DNA from: Calcarisporiella thermophila CBS 279.70
Lineage: Eukaryota; Fungi; Calcarisporiellomycota
Length of the DNA stretch: 64,000 nt
Reading direction: 5' to 3'
Assembly (NCBI RefSeq): GCF_041956535.1
Contig: NW_027192211.1
Location: 495,995-559,994 of the forward strand
Part shown: one piece after another, positions 1 to 12,781 of the stretch
Position numbering within the stretch: the stretch's first letter is position 1
How the letters are laid out: each line of letters opens with the position of its first letter
Translations under genes and position numbers: made by a program
Notes under the pieces: model-generated
Database searches by the model: none
The model's input: the letters and a program-made list of their open reading frames with translations, nothing else
Told to the model about the DNA's origin: nothing

Positions 1-845
1 AGCAATCAACAATGGCATACCTTATCCGCGAGTCCCCGAAGCTGTCAAACTGCGAGAGCGAAGAGTGGGTTTGTCCGTGGTGTTTAAAGCGGTACTTATT
101 TCCGCGCTGGTCGCCTCTTTTTTCATTATGAATTACTCATTGGCGTCCTTCGTCCTTACTAACGCGAGGTTTTTTTTGCGTTTGTTTGTTAATTCATAGC
201 TTCTGGTCTGTGGAGGAATTAAACTGGCATATTGTTCGGTTACATGATGGACATTGGGGTTGAATTGCCTCCGAATCGCTCGAGCTTTCGAATTACATGA
301 CCTGTTAGACGCCTTATCCTTAATTCTATACTATCCATCGGTGGTTATATACATACGACAAAGGTTTTGAATATTAGTACACGAACTCTTTTGAGAATCT
401 TTATTTTATAGCCTTCTTTTTTCCTTCGGCATATTCTTATATACCCATATAATAACAATTGCTCGTGTTGATCTGATATGAAGCATTTTTTTTTCTTGTT
501 TTCCAATCCAATTGTTTTCTATTGTTTTGTATATATAACAGCAACAATCTGTTTTATTTCTACTCATTTTGTCATTTTGTATGTGTGCGTGCCTCTTTTT
601 TTAATAGAAATATAAATTGCTTGATTTTTTCTTTTCCAAGCACTTTCTGTATTCTTTACTTCTTTGGTCTTCTTTTCTTTGGCTGCCAAGTTTTTCGCCT
701 AGAAGAGAGTTGAGTGGCAAAACATCAAAGCCACTGTTGAGGGTGGCTGTGGCCGGCTCATTAGGACTAGATAAAATTTTTGGAGCATCGATTTCTGCGC
801 TGATTGACAGCGAGACATTGGAAAAAGCAGGACTAGAGGGAAACC

Positions 846-1697
846 ATGTCGGGTATATGTCTAGCTCGCTTACAACAGGAGCGCAAGGATTGGCGCAAAA
901 ATCATCCTTATGTGAGTGCCCGATTGAGTTACTACATGTAAAAGGCTGCAGTTCCTGAATGCGACCTTTCATGAATAGGGATTCTATGCTCGGCCGGCAA
1001 AGAAGGAGGACGGGACACTGGATCTTATGAACTGGCACTGCGGAATACCAGGAAAGAGTGGGGTAGGCTTAGCTAGCTCTCTTTTATCACCCTAGATAGT
1101 CTACTAAAAGCGGATTGTTTTATTTGGGAGCAGACTTCATGGGAGAATGGTATTTTCAAGCTGCAAATGATTTTTACTGAAGGTAAATAATCGACCTCTA
1201 CACCCTCCTTTCCATGAAGCATTGGATAATAATGTTTGTTTTTTCCCTTTTTCTTCATTGTTTATATCAGAATACCCGAGTCGGCCTCCCAAATGTATGC
1301 GTACACTCCCTAAAGGAAGAATGTACAATCCATTTACCACCGACTTTTCTCAACTAGGTAAATTCACGCCTCCGCTCTTCCACGTCAATGTTTACCCGTC
1401 GGGCACGGTGTGTCTCTCTATTCTTAATGAGGAGGAGGGATGGAAGCCTGCCATTACAATCCGACAAATACTCTTGGGAATTCAGGATCTCCTAGACTCT
1501 CCTAACATGGACAGCCCTGCTCACCCTGATGCATACGCATTATATAGGTAAGCAAATATCCCCAATGAGAGCTATTGGAAAATTTCAAGTGGTCCTTTAA
1601 GAGCTGGTTTATCGAAACGGTTTGTGTGTATAGACGTGACCGGGATGCATATGACAAAAGAATTCGACAGCAGGCGAGGGAGAATGCGCAGCAATAG
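846..1697 (+). CDS. UBC9: SUMO-conjugating enzyme E2 Ubc9 (6 exons)
   Basis: Manual exons 846-911, 979-1062, 1134-1182, 1271-1294, 1358-1547 and 1634-1697 give [48 protein letters not shown].../[16 protein letters not shown]...[18 protein letters not shown], the Ubc9 signature with the catalytic Cys. All introns are GT-AG. Confidence 0.96.
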
Positions 1698-2082
1698 GTT
1701 TTTTTTTAAATTTGCCACGCTACTTTTTTTTCTTGTTAAATAAGAACTTTACTATCTTTCCACCTGGCGTTTATTCAATTTAATTCACTTGAGACTTAAA
1801 GAAGAAAACTCCTTTTATCTTTGATTTTATCTCTTCCCCTTGCTGAGAAAGGCTAATTCGAGTCGGCAGCGAATATGGCCACTAGTTTCCTATTGTCTGA
1901 TAGCTATGATGCTCTACGTATGTAGAAGTTTAATTTCCCGAAGTCAATGGCCCGCCCGACCTTTTCCAACCAACTTAAAGTCATTTGCAAGCTCGAAAAG
2001 ATAATAGTGTGACTGCCACTGGTATTTATTTCCACTACCGCTACAAACTGTGGAATACTAACATCGTTTGTAATGCCAGACC

Positions 2083-3267
2083 ATGCTCGAACCTTCTCCC
2101 CCCTCTCTTTCTAAATCCGCACTGAAACGCCGGGCCAAACTTGAATACCGTAAACATCAGGCCTATTCATGCGTTTCCCGCAGCCTCGGTCTTCCCACCC
2201 ACGAGAATCTCTTCTCCCCTGATCCAACTCCTTGTCTATTGCTTGCATCAGGCTCAACGGGCCAGGGAGGCGTGACATGCGAGCAGGTAGAGAGACTTTT
2301 CTCTGGATGTGAAGGATTCGAGCGCGTGTTTCTGGGTCCTTGTAAGGTAAGAACCTTTAATGTGGCAATGATGGCCCTTTCGCATGAGGAAGAATAGTAT
2401 CCAATCTGAATTGGCTCTGATTCTTCATTGTTGCAGCCCTATACGCTGGTATACTTTCGCGATGCGGCGTGTGCCGTTGCGGCTCGTTCTCGGTTCCATG
2501 AGCAACTATGGGAAAATGCTAACACCAGCAAACCCATCTTTCTCGAGTATCTTCCCCGCCATTCGGTCGATATGCTTTTGGCTCCCCATCCCTCCGCCGC
2601 CTCGCCCGAGAATCACCTGCAAGTTCCAGGCCTGACGTTGTACCAAGATTTTCTTTCGCCTGAGGAGGAGGCACTGCTTCTCGATGAGTTGGAGAAAAAT
2701 GAGTGGAGGAGCGTGCAGGAGCGAATGGTACAGCAATACGGACACGCCTATGATTACACCCATTTCGCCATATCCACCACCAGCCCTCCCCCCATCCCCT
2801 CCTATATCATCCCCTTGATGGATCGCATCCATACCCTCAGAACCGATCTCCACCCCCTGACCCAGCTAGCCGTGCAAAAATATGAGCCTGGACAGGGTAT
2901 CCCCCCCCATGCCGACAGTCACGTGGTCTTCTCCTCCGCAGTTGTATGCATCTCGCTTGCCGCGCCCATCACCATGGACTTTATCAAGGGCCGTGATCCC
3001 CTCTCCGAGACGGGTGGCCACGTTGTGAGCGTCGATGTCCCTGCACGCTCGCTGATGATTCTGGAAGGTGAGGCCCGTTACGGCTGGGAGCATTGCATCC
3101 GGGAGAGGACCACTGATTTTGTGGAGGGCAGAGGAGTGCGACCCAGACGGGTACGGGTGTCGATGACCTTTCGGGCCCTGAGAGCGGTGCAGCCGTGCGA
3201 GTGCCCGTGGCCGGAGATATGCGACCGAGATGCGGTTCGTTTTGGATTCCCGAGAAGAGCAAGTTGA
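2083..3267 (+). CDS. ALKBH8-like 2OG-Fe(II) dioxygenase (RRM-like + AlkB + Cys-rich Zn motif; no methyltransferase domain)
   Basis: Exons 2083-2346 and 2437-3267. PGLTLYQDFLSPEEE, QYG..YDY, YEPGQGIPPHADSH (HxD), GEARYGWEHCI, RVSMTFR and a terminal CECPWPEICD are typical of ALKBH8. Confidence 0.85.
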
Positions 3268-3539
3268 ACCTCATCCAATACCATATTATTCCATTTTGTA
3301 ATTTATTGTATACAACCTCATTCCCCAAGAAATAAAACACGGAAATTTAAATAAACACCTAATCGTGACATAATGGATGGGCTCCAGTCAGAATACAAAT
3401 GCGGGTATTCTGCAAAAATGTGAATACACAAAAAGTATCGTATCATTAGAGGGAGGAGGGGAGGAAGAAGATGCAGAGATAGAATGAAACGAGAAAATGG
3501 AAATGCGGGTGATATTGAGCGGGATAAGTGTCTATTCTT

Positions 3540-5966
3540 TCAGTAACCAGCCGCGATACCATGCTTCCGGGAATCGCTCACAGCTATGGGGAAGTAGGTT
3601 GATACCAGTTAGTCAGTCTGTCAGTCCGCCTCGTGGTCCCGAGAACGCTATTTCAGTCGCTTACCATAGATTGTATCGGATATCCGTTGCACTGCCTGCA
3701 CTTCCGACAACGGCTTGCGTATATCCCTAATCGTCACGTTATGCCCTCTGCTCACGAGACCTTCAATCAGTTCTGCAGGAAAACCACTTTCCACCACCGC
3801 AACATTCGGCAAGAGCTGGTGATGCACCCGAGACGTCTCCACGGCATGCAGTAGATCCATGTTGAAATCCAGGACATTCAGCAATACGTCGAGGGTGGCG
3901 GTGATAATGCGCGAGCCCCCGCTGGCCCCCAGAACAAGTTCAAAGTTCCCGTCCCGCTCGACAAAGGTGGGGACGGAGGACGAGAGTGGGCGCTTGTGCG
4001 AGGTAGGATAGTTGAAGGGGGAGGGGTATAGGTTGAATTCATTGGGTTGCCCGGGGATCGAAAAGTCGTCCATCTCGTCATTGAGGATGACTCCGGTGAC
4101 AGGATCGATAACTTTAGAGCCAAACTCCAGGTTGACCTAAGCACAATTACAAGAAAAGGAAAGCAGTTTAGCCATTGAAACCATCCCCCAAGACTCGAGA
4201 AAACGAGATGCAATACAGTAGAGGTCAAAGAAACGGCCATCCCATCCTTATCTACGACGGAAAGGTGGGTTGTTCCGTGGTTCTCGATGGTATCGTACTT
4301 GGGGTTGTAGTACAACGGATCAAAGGTGCGCTCGTCCGAGATATTGCGTCGAACACGATCCGCCCACCCTTTGGTCAAGATTTCGGCCATCCGCTCTTTA
4401 TTGTTGATATATTCCGGATCGCCAAGTTCGGTGCGCGCCGCAAATCCATGCTTGAAGGCTTCGACAATCCTGATATTATTCCAGAGTAAAAATATATTAG
4501 GTCGACTGTAGAGGATGTTACTTTTCTAACCACCCTACCGATGCAGATTCACTTCATTTAGCCCCCCAACCTTCAGGTTATATCTTTCCAGTATGTTCAG
4601 TACCGCGATCAGCACCGGCCCACTCGTCGGGGCGGGGCCCGTGATTATTTTGCGTCCATGATAGTAGGTGCTGATGGGTTCTCTAATTATAGCTCGATAC
4701 GCAGCAAAATCTTCTCGAGTTAAAACTCCACCCGTGCTCTGGATACGTTCGATCAAGTGATCGGCGATTTTTCCGGTGTAGAAGGCGTCAGCACCTTCGT
4801 TAGCAATGGTTTCAAGTGTGTTGGCAAGGTTGGGGCGAAGCAGCAGGTCCCCCTCGGCGAGAAGAGTCCCATTTGGGGCAAATGTGGCAGCCCAGTCTCC
4901 CGTGGAGAGAAGCGATTCAAATATTCGGATACGGCGCGCAAGCTCTGGGCCAACTTTGACGCCGTATCGATTTAGGGCTATAATGGGGGCAAAAATATCT
5001 TTCCATGGGAGCTTTCCGTGCCTAGTTTTATATTAAAAAAATAAAGGTTATAAAAAATGCAGAGTATAAGATGCTTCGAAGTCGATGGAAAGACTACCTT
5101 GAGTGTGCAAGTTCGAAACCCTTGATCTCTCCCCTGTATTGGATAGAGTGCTCGTTGAAATATTACGATAAACACCAACACTAAAGTAATGCAACTTACG
5201 GAACCCCCACAGATAGTCCGCCAGTCTGCGCAAGCTTAGGGTCATGAATATACATGGACTTGTTTGCAGCAATAGGTGCTTCTTCACGGAAATCGATCAG
5301 CTCAGAGGATCCATTTGCGCTTCTTATTAACATAAAGCCACCACTTATAGTACGAAAAGAGTTGGTTGAGGGTAAGAGTGAGAATAAAAGTGACGAAATG
5401 AAGATGCTGTGGCCTACCCTCCGATACCAGAAGAAAACATGTTGATACTTCCAACGCAAAGTCCGGAGGCAATGGCCGCATCGACTGCATTCCCACCCTT
5501 CTTCAAAACTGTATCAAAACCAACACATTAGGAGGTGAAATTCACAAGCGAAGACGATTTCGATTCTTACTCTCCACTCCGATCTCAGAGCATTCGATAA
5601 CCTCCGCCGCGACTGCTCCAGTGTGGACCTTTACCAGTTTTTTCTCCAAATCTATTCGAGAGGGAATTTAAATGCATTATTAGGTCATGCTCTCCTTTTA
5701 GTCTCTGCGCAATTTCAAGACCAACTTTCATGACCCCCTACGGGGCGAAACTGAATCCCAATAATCAGGGTCAACAATAACACGCCCGCTAAGGTCAGAA
5801 CAACGATGATCCGGCGTCTTCTAGAGGACAAGCATCGCTGTGCTTTCACCACCGGATCCGAAGAAAGTAGTCCATCATGATCCGAAACCGACTCTAGATC
5901 GTCTTCTAATCCCCTCATATCTGCAATTTGTGTATGGTGATGGTCGTCTCTGCTAAATTTTGGCAT
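3540..5966 (-). CDS. gamma-glutamyltranspeptidase, type II membrane anchored (multi-exon)
   Basis: N-terminal TM helix (IIVVLTLAGVLLLTLIIGI), GNAVDAA, IDFREEAP, catalytic HGTTHLSVVD, MDDFSIPG, KRPLSS, GASGGSRI and C-terminal AVSDSRKHGIAAGY*. The start is ATG 5966 or 5918. Confidence 0.93.
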
Positions 5967-7444
5967 CAAGACGCAATGCAATCCCAGGCTTTAAATACAA
6001 GACAGTTAAAGGTACACATAAAAAAGCTTAAGCTGTGATTTTGGTCCATTTTCATTCGCCTATGCTTAGGGCTTGAATTGGTTGGATTGCGTGATCAGCA
6101 AGATTATGTCCGCTGATTACCGAGCTGTTTTGGGCAAGGTTTCTCCCCCAAGATAGAACAGCGTAAAGAAATAAAATCTAACATGCTTAAGCTACACGAT
6201 TGCCGGTCGTTGTAGCTGGAATCTAGGTGGCCTTTTGAATAAACCACTCCGCGAAGCTGGTTGAAATCATCTACGAATTTCTCGGATGTCAATCGACATC
6301 CATCCCATAAGGAAACTCGTCACATGACATCAAGAGTGATTTATCGGAAGCCAGATATTGGACATAAAAATTTATATTAAGTCAGATCCTCTGCTCTCCT
6401 TACTAATGAAATGATGAAAAAATGCGTCATACCGAAACTATGAGAAAGAACACCTCTATTTTGGGGATAACTCTAGATCTCTATTTCTATGGAGGGGCTA
6501 CAACGTATACTACATCTATTGAAAAAAAAAAGTAGTGAAGGTGTGTGGAATAATTATATAAGCATGGCGTTATATGAAGAGACTAATTATGGCGTTATGT
6601 AAGTGGCGGTAGCTAAAAAGAGTAGAGATGGGATATAATAGTAATGAAAGCTAACCTATTGGTAAAATATAATAAATGTAATACATATATAATATAGCAA
6701 AGAAAAAGGGGAAAGTTCTTTACAACATTCTACTATTGTCACAACCCAAAAATTCCCTTACATCTTCTTAAGCTGGCTTCGTCGCCTACTTTGGATTTTT
6801 TCATTTCTTGCCTCTTTCATATCCTTATTGATTCAGCACCTGTGGTCGTCACGATGCCATTTTTTATACCAATGATGAGGATTTCGACAAGTGTTGTTAT
6901 GTAGCCAGTGTCTGCTATCGACAGCATGCTAACCTGTCAAGCGGGAAAACCACTGAATTCTTCCCATTCCTTGAAATATCACGGCAGAGATCGAATGAAA
7001 AACTACGCTACCGTAATTTACTTAAGCTTAATAAACAGATTCAATTCTCTCAAATATGGAAACTATACTATAGTATAACCTTCTCTCTTCTCCAACAAGC
7101 GTAAAAAGGTTAGCCAGTGATATTTGACAAGTTTAACTTATGACCTTGACGCTTGTCATTAAGTCAACCACTCCCGTTGCCACAATTATTTTTTGTACCC
7201 CTGACAAGAACCATTAATAGGGCTCAGCCAGTAAATTTCTAAAAAAAGTTTGTGGCTAATCATCAAGGCAACCTTTTATCTGTATAAAGAGCGCCATTGT
7301 TCCAATTTGACAGTTAATTATCTTAAATATACTAATGTATTGAATAGATTGGATTCAAAAGAATACATTAAAGTTGGTTTTTTAACTTCATCATTATTTA
7401 TATTCAGCGAGTCTAAAAATTATAGATAGAATGTCTCCAGGATA

Positions 7445-7852
7445 TTAACAGTCACGAATGTTGAACTTATCGAACTTGAATTTGCCGATGATCGGAACGT
7501 CACCCAAGCAGCCGGTAATACGGAAGCTCTTCATCTTGCTGCCTTTAGCGCTGACCGGGTACTTAGACCAGCTGTAGCCGCGGCCGCCATTGTGTCCGAG
7601 AGAGTGGCCCTTGCAAGCTCGCTCGTCGAAGAGACGGATTTCGCATTGGTAAGCTTGGATGGTGCAGAACTTGAAGCCTCGGACCCCCTGGTCCACCACT
7701 TCCTGATTGATGTCATAGCAATCGTTCTTCGCCTCACGACTGAAGTGGGTGCTCACGTGGTCTTTGCTCTCAAAACGAGCCACCCAAGCGTTGACTTGCG
7801 CACTTAGCACGGCGAGCACCAGAAGAAGCAATGCGCTGTAGCGAGCAAACAT
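7445..7852 (-). CDS. small secreted 6-Cys protein, 135 aa, intronless
   Basis: Clear signal peptide (MFARYSALLLLVLAVLSAQVNA), six Cys, strong C/G-ending codon bias against AT-rich flanks, and an upstream TATA box. Confidence 0.85.
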   Translation of the reverse strand: MFARYSALLLLVLAVLSAQVNAWVARFESKDHVSTHFSREAKNDCYDINQEVVDQGVRGFKFCTIQAYQCEIRLFDERACKGHSLGHNGGRGYSWSKYPVSAKGSKMKSFRITGCLGDVPIIGKFKFDKFNIRDC

Positions 7853-7925
7853 AGTGAAAATGATGGAATGAAATCGAGTGTTGGAGATGGGTTGATATTG
7901 CCAGACCTCATGCGCAAGGAGAGAC

Positions 7926-7933
7926 TATTTATA
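7926..7933 (-). promoter_or_regulatory. putative TATA box (TATAAATA) of the secreted protein gene
   Basis: The minus strand reads AGTATAAATA about 75 nt upstream of ATG 7852. Confidence 0.5.
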
Positions 7934-10136
7934 CTTTCCCCAAGTCGGATCAATGACTCATTTACCAGGGTAACTTCCATTGACAAGGAGGCGCTGATCG
8001 GATAGAATATTGGAAGCTCGCCGTCCATTGTATTTCTTTAACCCGTCTCCTAAGCTAACCTGCAATACGCCCTTTACACAGAACGTGGTTTGCGCCATAC
8101 ACTTACTAATCTGTATTGTGATCTGGGCTCTAAAGCCACACTTCATTACCATGCTAGTGTCTTGGCATATTCAGGAATATACTGTGCGACGGAAGGAGTG
8201 GCTCATTCAAATTGAGTGGTGGTGGCCTATCATTATCCACCTGGCGTTTTCATTCGTGTTTAAAAAAAGGGCTAGCCTTAATTAATATAGTGGCGGATCA
8301 TCCTTGTTGGCTATGCAATCCATCATCCGGTTGTCAATATGCTTGAATTTCAACCGCTTTCTTTGCTCAAAGTGAAAATCGTAAAGGATCAATAATTGAA
8401 AATTTCGAGGCAACCTCTTTGCTAGTAGGTTCAAAATATAAATAGGTTATTGCAAATTTAATTGACTCGGGAGTGGAAAAAAATTTCTTAATGATAATCA
8501 TGAAGGCAAAAAATCTCTCTCTCAAAAAAAAAAAAGCTAAGCTTTGGAATTTGGAGGTTCTCCTAAGCATAGTGATTACTCACTTGTGGCACAAAAGAGT
8601 CTCAAATATTGAGCCCTTTTGCAGTTAAGCGCTAGATAAAGGGGTATATTCTCGCGAAAGCCTAAGCTATTTTTTAAGCATCTTCACATTATCTTTGCAT
8701 CTCTGGGAAAAAGATCGGATGCCCTAAATTCTTGAATAGCATAGAACACAGAAAGTTCTTCAAGGGAGGTGACAAATGACACGGGCAATATTTCTATAGC
8801 GTCGAGATCATCGGTGGCTTAATTCAATGGACATCATTTGAGGCTTAAATTCATTTTTCAAGCTATAAGGATTTTTCAGATTTTATTAGGCTCCACACTA
8901 GCACCCGAGCAAACTAATTGCAGAATTAGTATAGAATAGAGCACCTGGTCATTTGAACGAAACCAATCGATCCCAGAGAGATGGCACAGCGCTTTGAAGG
9001 AATAGGATTAGACCTTTATTCACAAATAAAAAATGGTCTTTGCCATGCCTGCTTCTCCAAAAACAAAATATGGTCAATCTAGCTTGATGCACTGAATAAA
9101 TTTAGTTTACCATTCGTTTCCGTACAACATACCTCTACAGCACCGACATACTATAGGACCGTATTGGATATCATGCCACTGAGCTTCTAAAATAAATTGT
9201 TATTAAGACTCACTTGCTCTGTAATAAGCCTTCTTTAGGAAAGTTTTAGAGCATTTGAACTTGCTCGAACATTCCATTGTTGTCTACCTATTGTTGTGAT
9301 TTTCGAGCTCCAGCAAGAGTTTAGTAAAGTCTATGCTGTAGGAAACTTGTGTTCAGTACATATTCAGGATGTATGATAGGTGTAGAATATCTAAGAGTCA
9401 ATCACCTCTTAGATGTCGTCTAATATCCGCCCTGTAAAACCTCACCAAGTTGATTTTTTCTAACCCAGCTATACAACCTCCAGGGACAACATAGTATAGT
9501 GTTTGTAGAGCGAGTACTGTATTATGTTTGAGGGAAGGATCTTTATTAGAGGTTTTGGGCGAAGAATGCCCCGTCTCAATAGGCTTGAAAGAGGTTAACA
9601 CGGGTTTTATGGGCTTTTCGTGCCAGTCACTGGAATTAGTATCGGGTAAATTAACCGCGCTGAGTACACTGGGAATCGGTTTTTGATCAACAACCCCTAT
9701 CAGAAAGCCTACCCAAGTTTTCTCACTCTATTATGCATAGGGATGCTTCTTCTAGTCGTTTCCAACCAGTATGCACTTTCTTGGAATTCAAATGAAACTA
9801 TAGGGCGATTTGGAGAGCACGTTCAATAACCTTTGCAGTCAATTTCAATGAGAGGGATCGGTTTCAAGTGCCATGGATAATCTTTATCATTATTCTAATA
9901 GAGACTAGGACAAATTACAGGGTAAACACTGAAATAGGATGGATGATAGTCTAAGAATAGCTCCCAAAACATCAATGTATATGAAAAAAGCACAAGGTAT
10001 TAGAAGTCGCAAAGAGACAGGAGCAAAAACGGGTTATGTACAAAACAGCAGCAGGTCCAAAATGGAAAGGGTGGTGTACAGATAAACTAAAGACGCTCCG
10101 ATTCATTTTTTTATATGAAAAGAAGCGTACTGGACA

Positions 10137-11157
10137 CTATACTGTGGCTCTTTTATTGGCCATGATTTTCTGTTGGGTCTCTTCCGCATCGTTCTCATGT
10201 TCCTCGGCACTGGGAACCACTATCGAAAATGAAAGAAGTCCGTTATTCAGGGTTAAGTAAGCGAACTGCATACATAGGCTCCGACATACCCTCATACTCG
10301 AAGTCTGGTGGCTCGATCCATTCGCCCGGTACAACACATGGGAACATCGCCCCAATGCGAGCAGCTCGATTGATCCAACCTAGCATCAAGGGATGAGCTC
10401 TGGTAAATATCTGCAAAATACAAAAACCAAATAGACTTGAGAAACCAGGTACCAGGCGCCGGCTTTCCTAGGACTCTTGCGCAAAAATCCGATGAAAAAT
10501 GGTTGCAGTTCCTATTCCAAGCCAGGGGTTATTGAAGCAGGCGAAAGACAATATGTATAAATGCTAGTTCTGACCTTGTCAAAAGGTTGTACGATATGCC
10601 AGTGTATTCAGTATGGAGTTGCACGAGAATGGCGCTGATCTCTTCCGGAGTCTTCTGCGAATATCCCATGAAAATGGATTTCCTATAGACAACCGGTCCG
10701 ATGAATCAATCCCAGATTATTGGCCATTGGGAAACGACTGGAATCGAAACTTACTTAAACAGCACACCAGGGGGTCCTATTTTGGGGGGCACTGTAAAAA
10801 TGCCAGAGAAATTCTCGGGGTGGCCGCCAAAACAATACTCTAAATGTGGGATGAGGAGGATTCATTTCGCTGTCCCTAGAGAATAAACACAAAATCCGCA
10901 AGTTACCTGTCCCTAATATTTCGGCACCGCTGTGGAAGATGCCCACTCCGAAGGCATATCCTAAAGATGTCAGCGCACATGGCTGTATCTACAGAGGGTA
11001 TTTGCATCACAGATTGAATGTTAATAGAATGGAGAGAGAAAATTAGTAGAGTAGTCCATGCATTAGTTACCATGTCGTAAACATTGATGAAGACGGGAAT
11101 GCCGTCCGCAGAATGTTCTTGGGATTTACGCCTAGTCTTGCGTATCCAGGTAAACAT
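10137..11157 (-). CDS. PPPDE/DeSI-family deSUMOylating/deubiquitinating peptidase
   Basis: Exons encode PVFINVYDM, GIFHSGAEI (catalytic His), EYCFGGH and NCNHFS (catalytic Cys, ~10495-10511). Confidence 0.9.
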
Positions 11158-11493
11158 TGGGTAGAGAAGGACAATATAAAGTTGTAGAGCATAAGGGTGA
11201 AATGGAGCATTAAAAATAGCCACTAAATGAATTGAGGCACAGCACTGGAAAGTGGTAATCCAATTGCTAAAGACATTTATGAAAATGAAACCACTTGCCT
11301 CTATTTTTTTACCTAAATTGAAGGATTATCGGGCAGAATATTATGCTCATCACGATAACTTTCTGATATCTATCCTGGGGGCTTTCGTTCTTTATTTTTC
11401 TTTCCAAATCCATTTTGTCACTTCAATACATTCTTGCCACGCCGGTCCGCCACGCCGGTAACATCTAACGTTCCCAAAAGGGAGGTGGTTGAG

Positions 11494-12250
11494 ATGGATG
11501 AAGACGAGAGTGACGATGAGAACATCTATGAAGTCGAGAAAATCCTCAGGCATAAAATAAGAAAAGTAGCCATTTCTTCATTTCAACCCCAAAATCAGCA
11601 CTAGAGCAGCCCGACTAACTGGACTGTATTCCACCTAGGGCGTTACGTATTATTATCTTAAATGGAACGGCTATCCAGACTCAGAAAACACATGGGAGGC
11701 TGCCTCTAACGTGTAAGTTGTTCGTTGTTCTTTTATCACGCCACTTCTGTATCGAGCCTGTTCTCTTTAGAGAAGCAACTGCACGAACCCTCGTTGAGCG
11801 ATACTGGAAAGAGTGGGAGCAAAAAAAAGCTGATCCATCCCAAACACCGACGGTGTCTGAGGGCAAGTCTCGCACCGAATGGGCTCCCAAATGGGTCATA
11901 CCGAGCCCGCCATGGAGCAAGCACAACTGGGAGGACTCCGTACTCAGCGTGGACACGGTTGTTAAGGATCAAACGGGAGCCTTGATGGTGTATTTAAAAT
12001 GGTAGGGGTCTGCCTTGACGAGCCGGACTTCCCCATCTTAAAGCCTGCCTCACCATGTAAACTTAGGAAATGCGGATTGAAGACGGTGCATAGTTCCGAC
12101 GAAGTTAAAAAACGATGCCCACAAAAGGTCGGTTGTCCTTATAAACTTGGGGGGATGGAGAGGGTCTTATTTCGCTCTGGTACTCACAGCAACGTTTTTT
12201 TTTTTCAGCTGCTAGATTACTATGAATCCATAATACGGACCTTCCCCTAG
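11494..12250 (+). CDS. HP1/Swi6-like chromodomain + chromoshadow protein
   Basis: Acidic N-terminus, IYEVEKILRHK / YYLKWNGYPDSENTWE (aromatic cage intact), and shadow domain WEDSVLSVDTV...VYLKW...KRCPQKLLDYYES. Five exons. Confidence 0.9.
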
Positions 12251-12781
12251 GCCTTTCGCATTCTCCTACGCGCTTGTACAAAGAGTTCGGCGTCCAATTA
12301 TCATTCTGCATAGATCAGATCTCTCCCACATCCACCTGTAATTTAGACGGGCGAGATTTTATGATTTTCTTCCTATTGAAGCCCATTTTTGCCTCTCTAT
12401 TGTGTGGTTGAAGCGCATGTTTGGCTGCGAAATGCACCGAAAATTTTTGTACCTAATACGCATAGTATGTAGAGGAAGGGCGATGGAGGGTTAGAGAGCT
12501 CTTTCGATTGCTCGCGTAAAAATGAATAGATTCCTGATAGAGATTCGAAGGAAAAGAAAGCTGTTTATATCGCAAAGGTTCGGAGTGCACACTTCCTAGC
12601 TATATGTGGTGGCCTCTTTCGCAGAGAAGGGGGATTGTATTATATGCATTTCATACAAAAGGGCAAAGAGGAAAAAAAAAAAGAAATCAGCAAACAGAAC
12701 ATTAATTCATATAGAAAAGAACAATGAGATCGGCTACTAGCAAGGGAAAAATAAGAAACTAAGAAGAACACAGCAGCGTCT

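Noticed and set aside
522-1340. Several ORF-track ORFs (145 aa minus, 113 aa plus, etc.)
   Set aside because: They overlap the real UBC9 exons in other frames or on the other strand and have no recognisable motifs.
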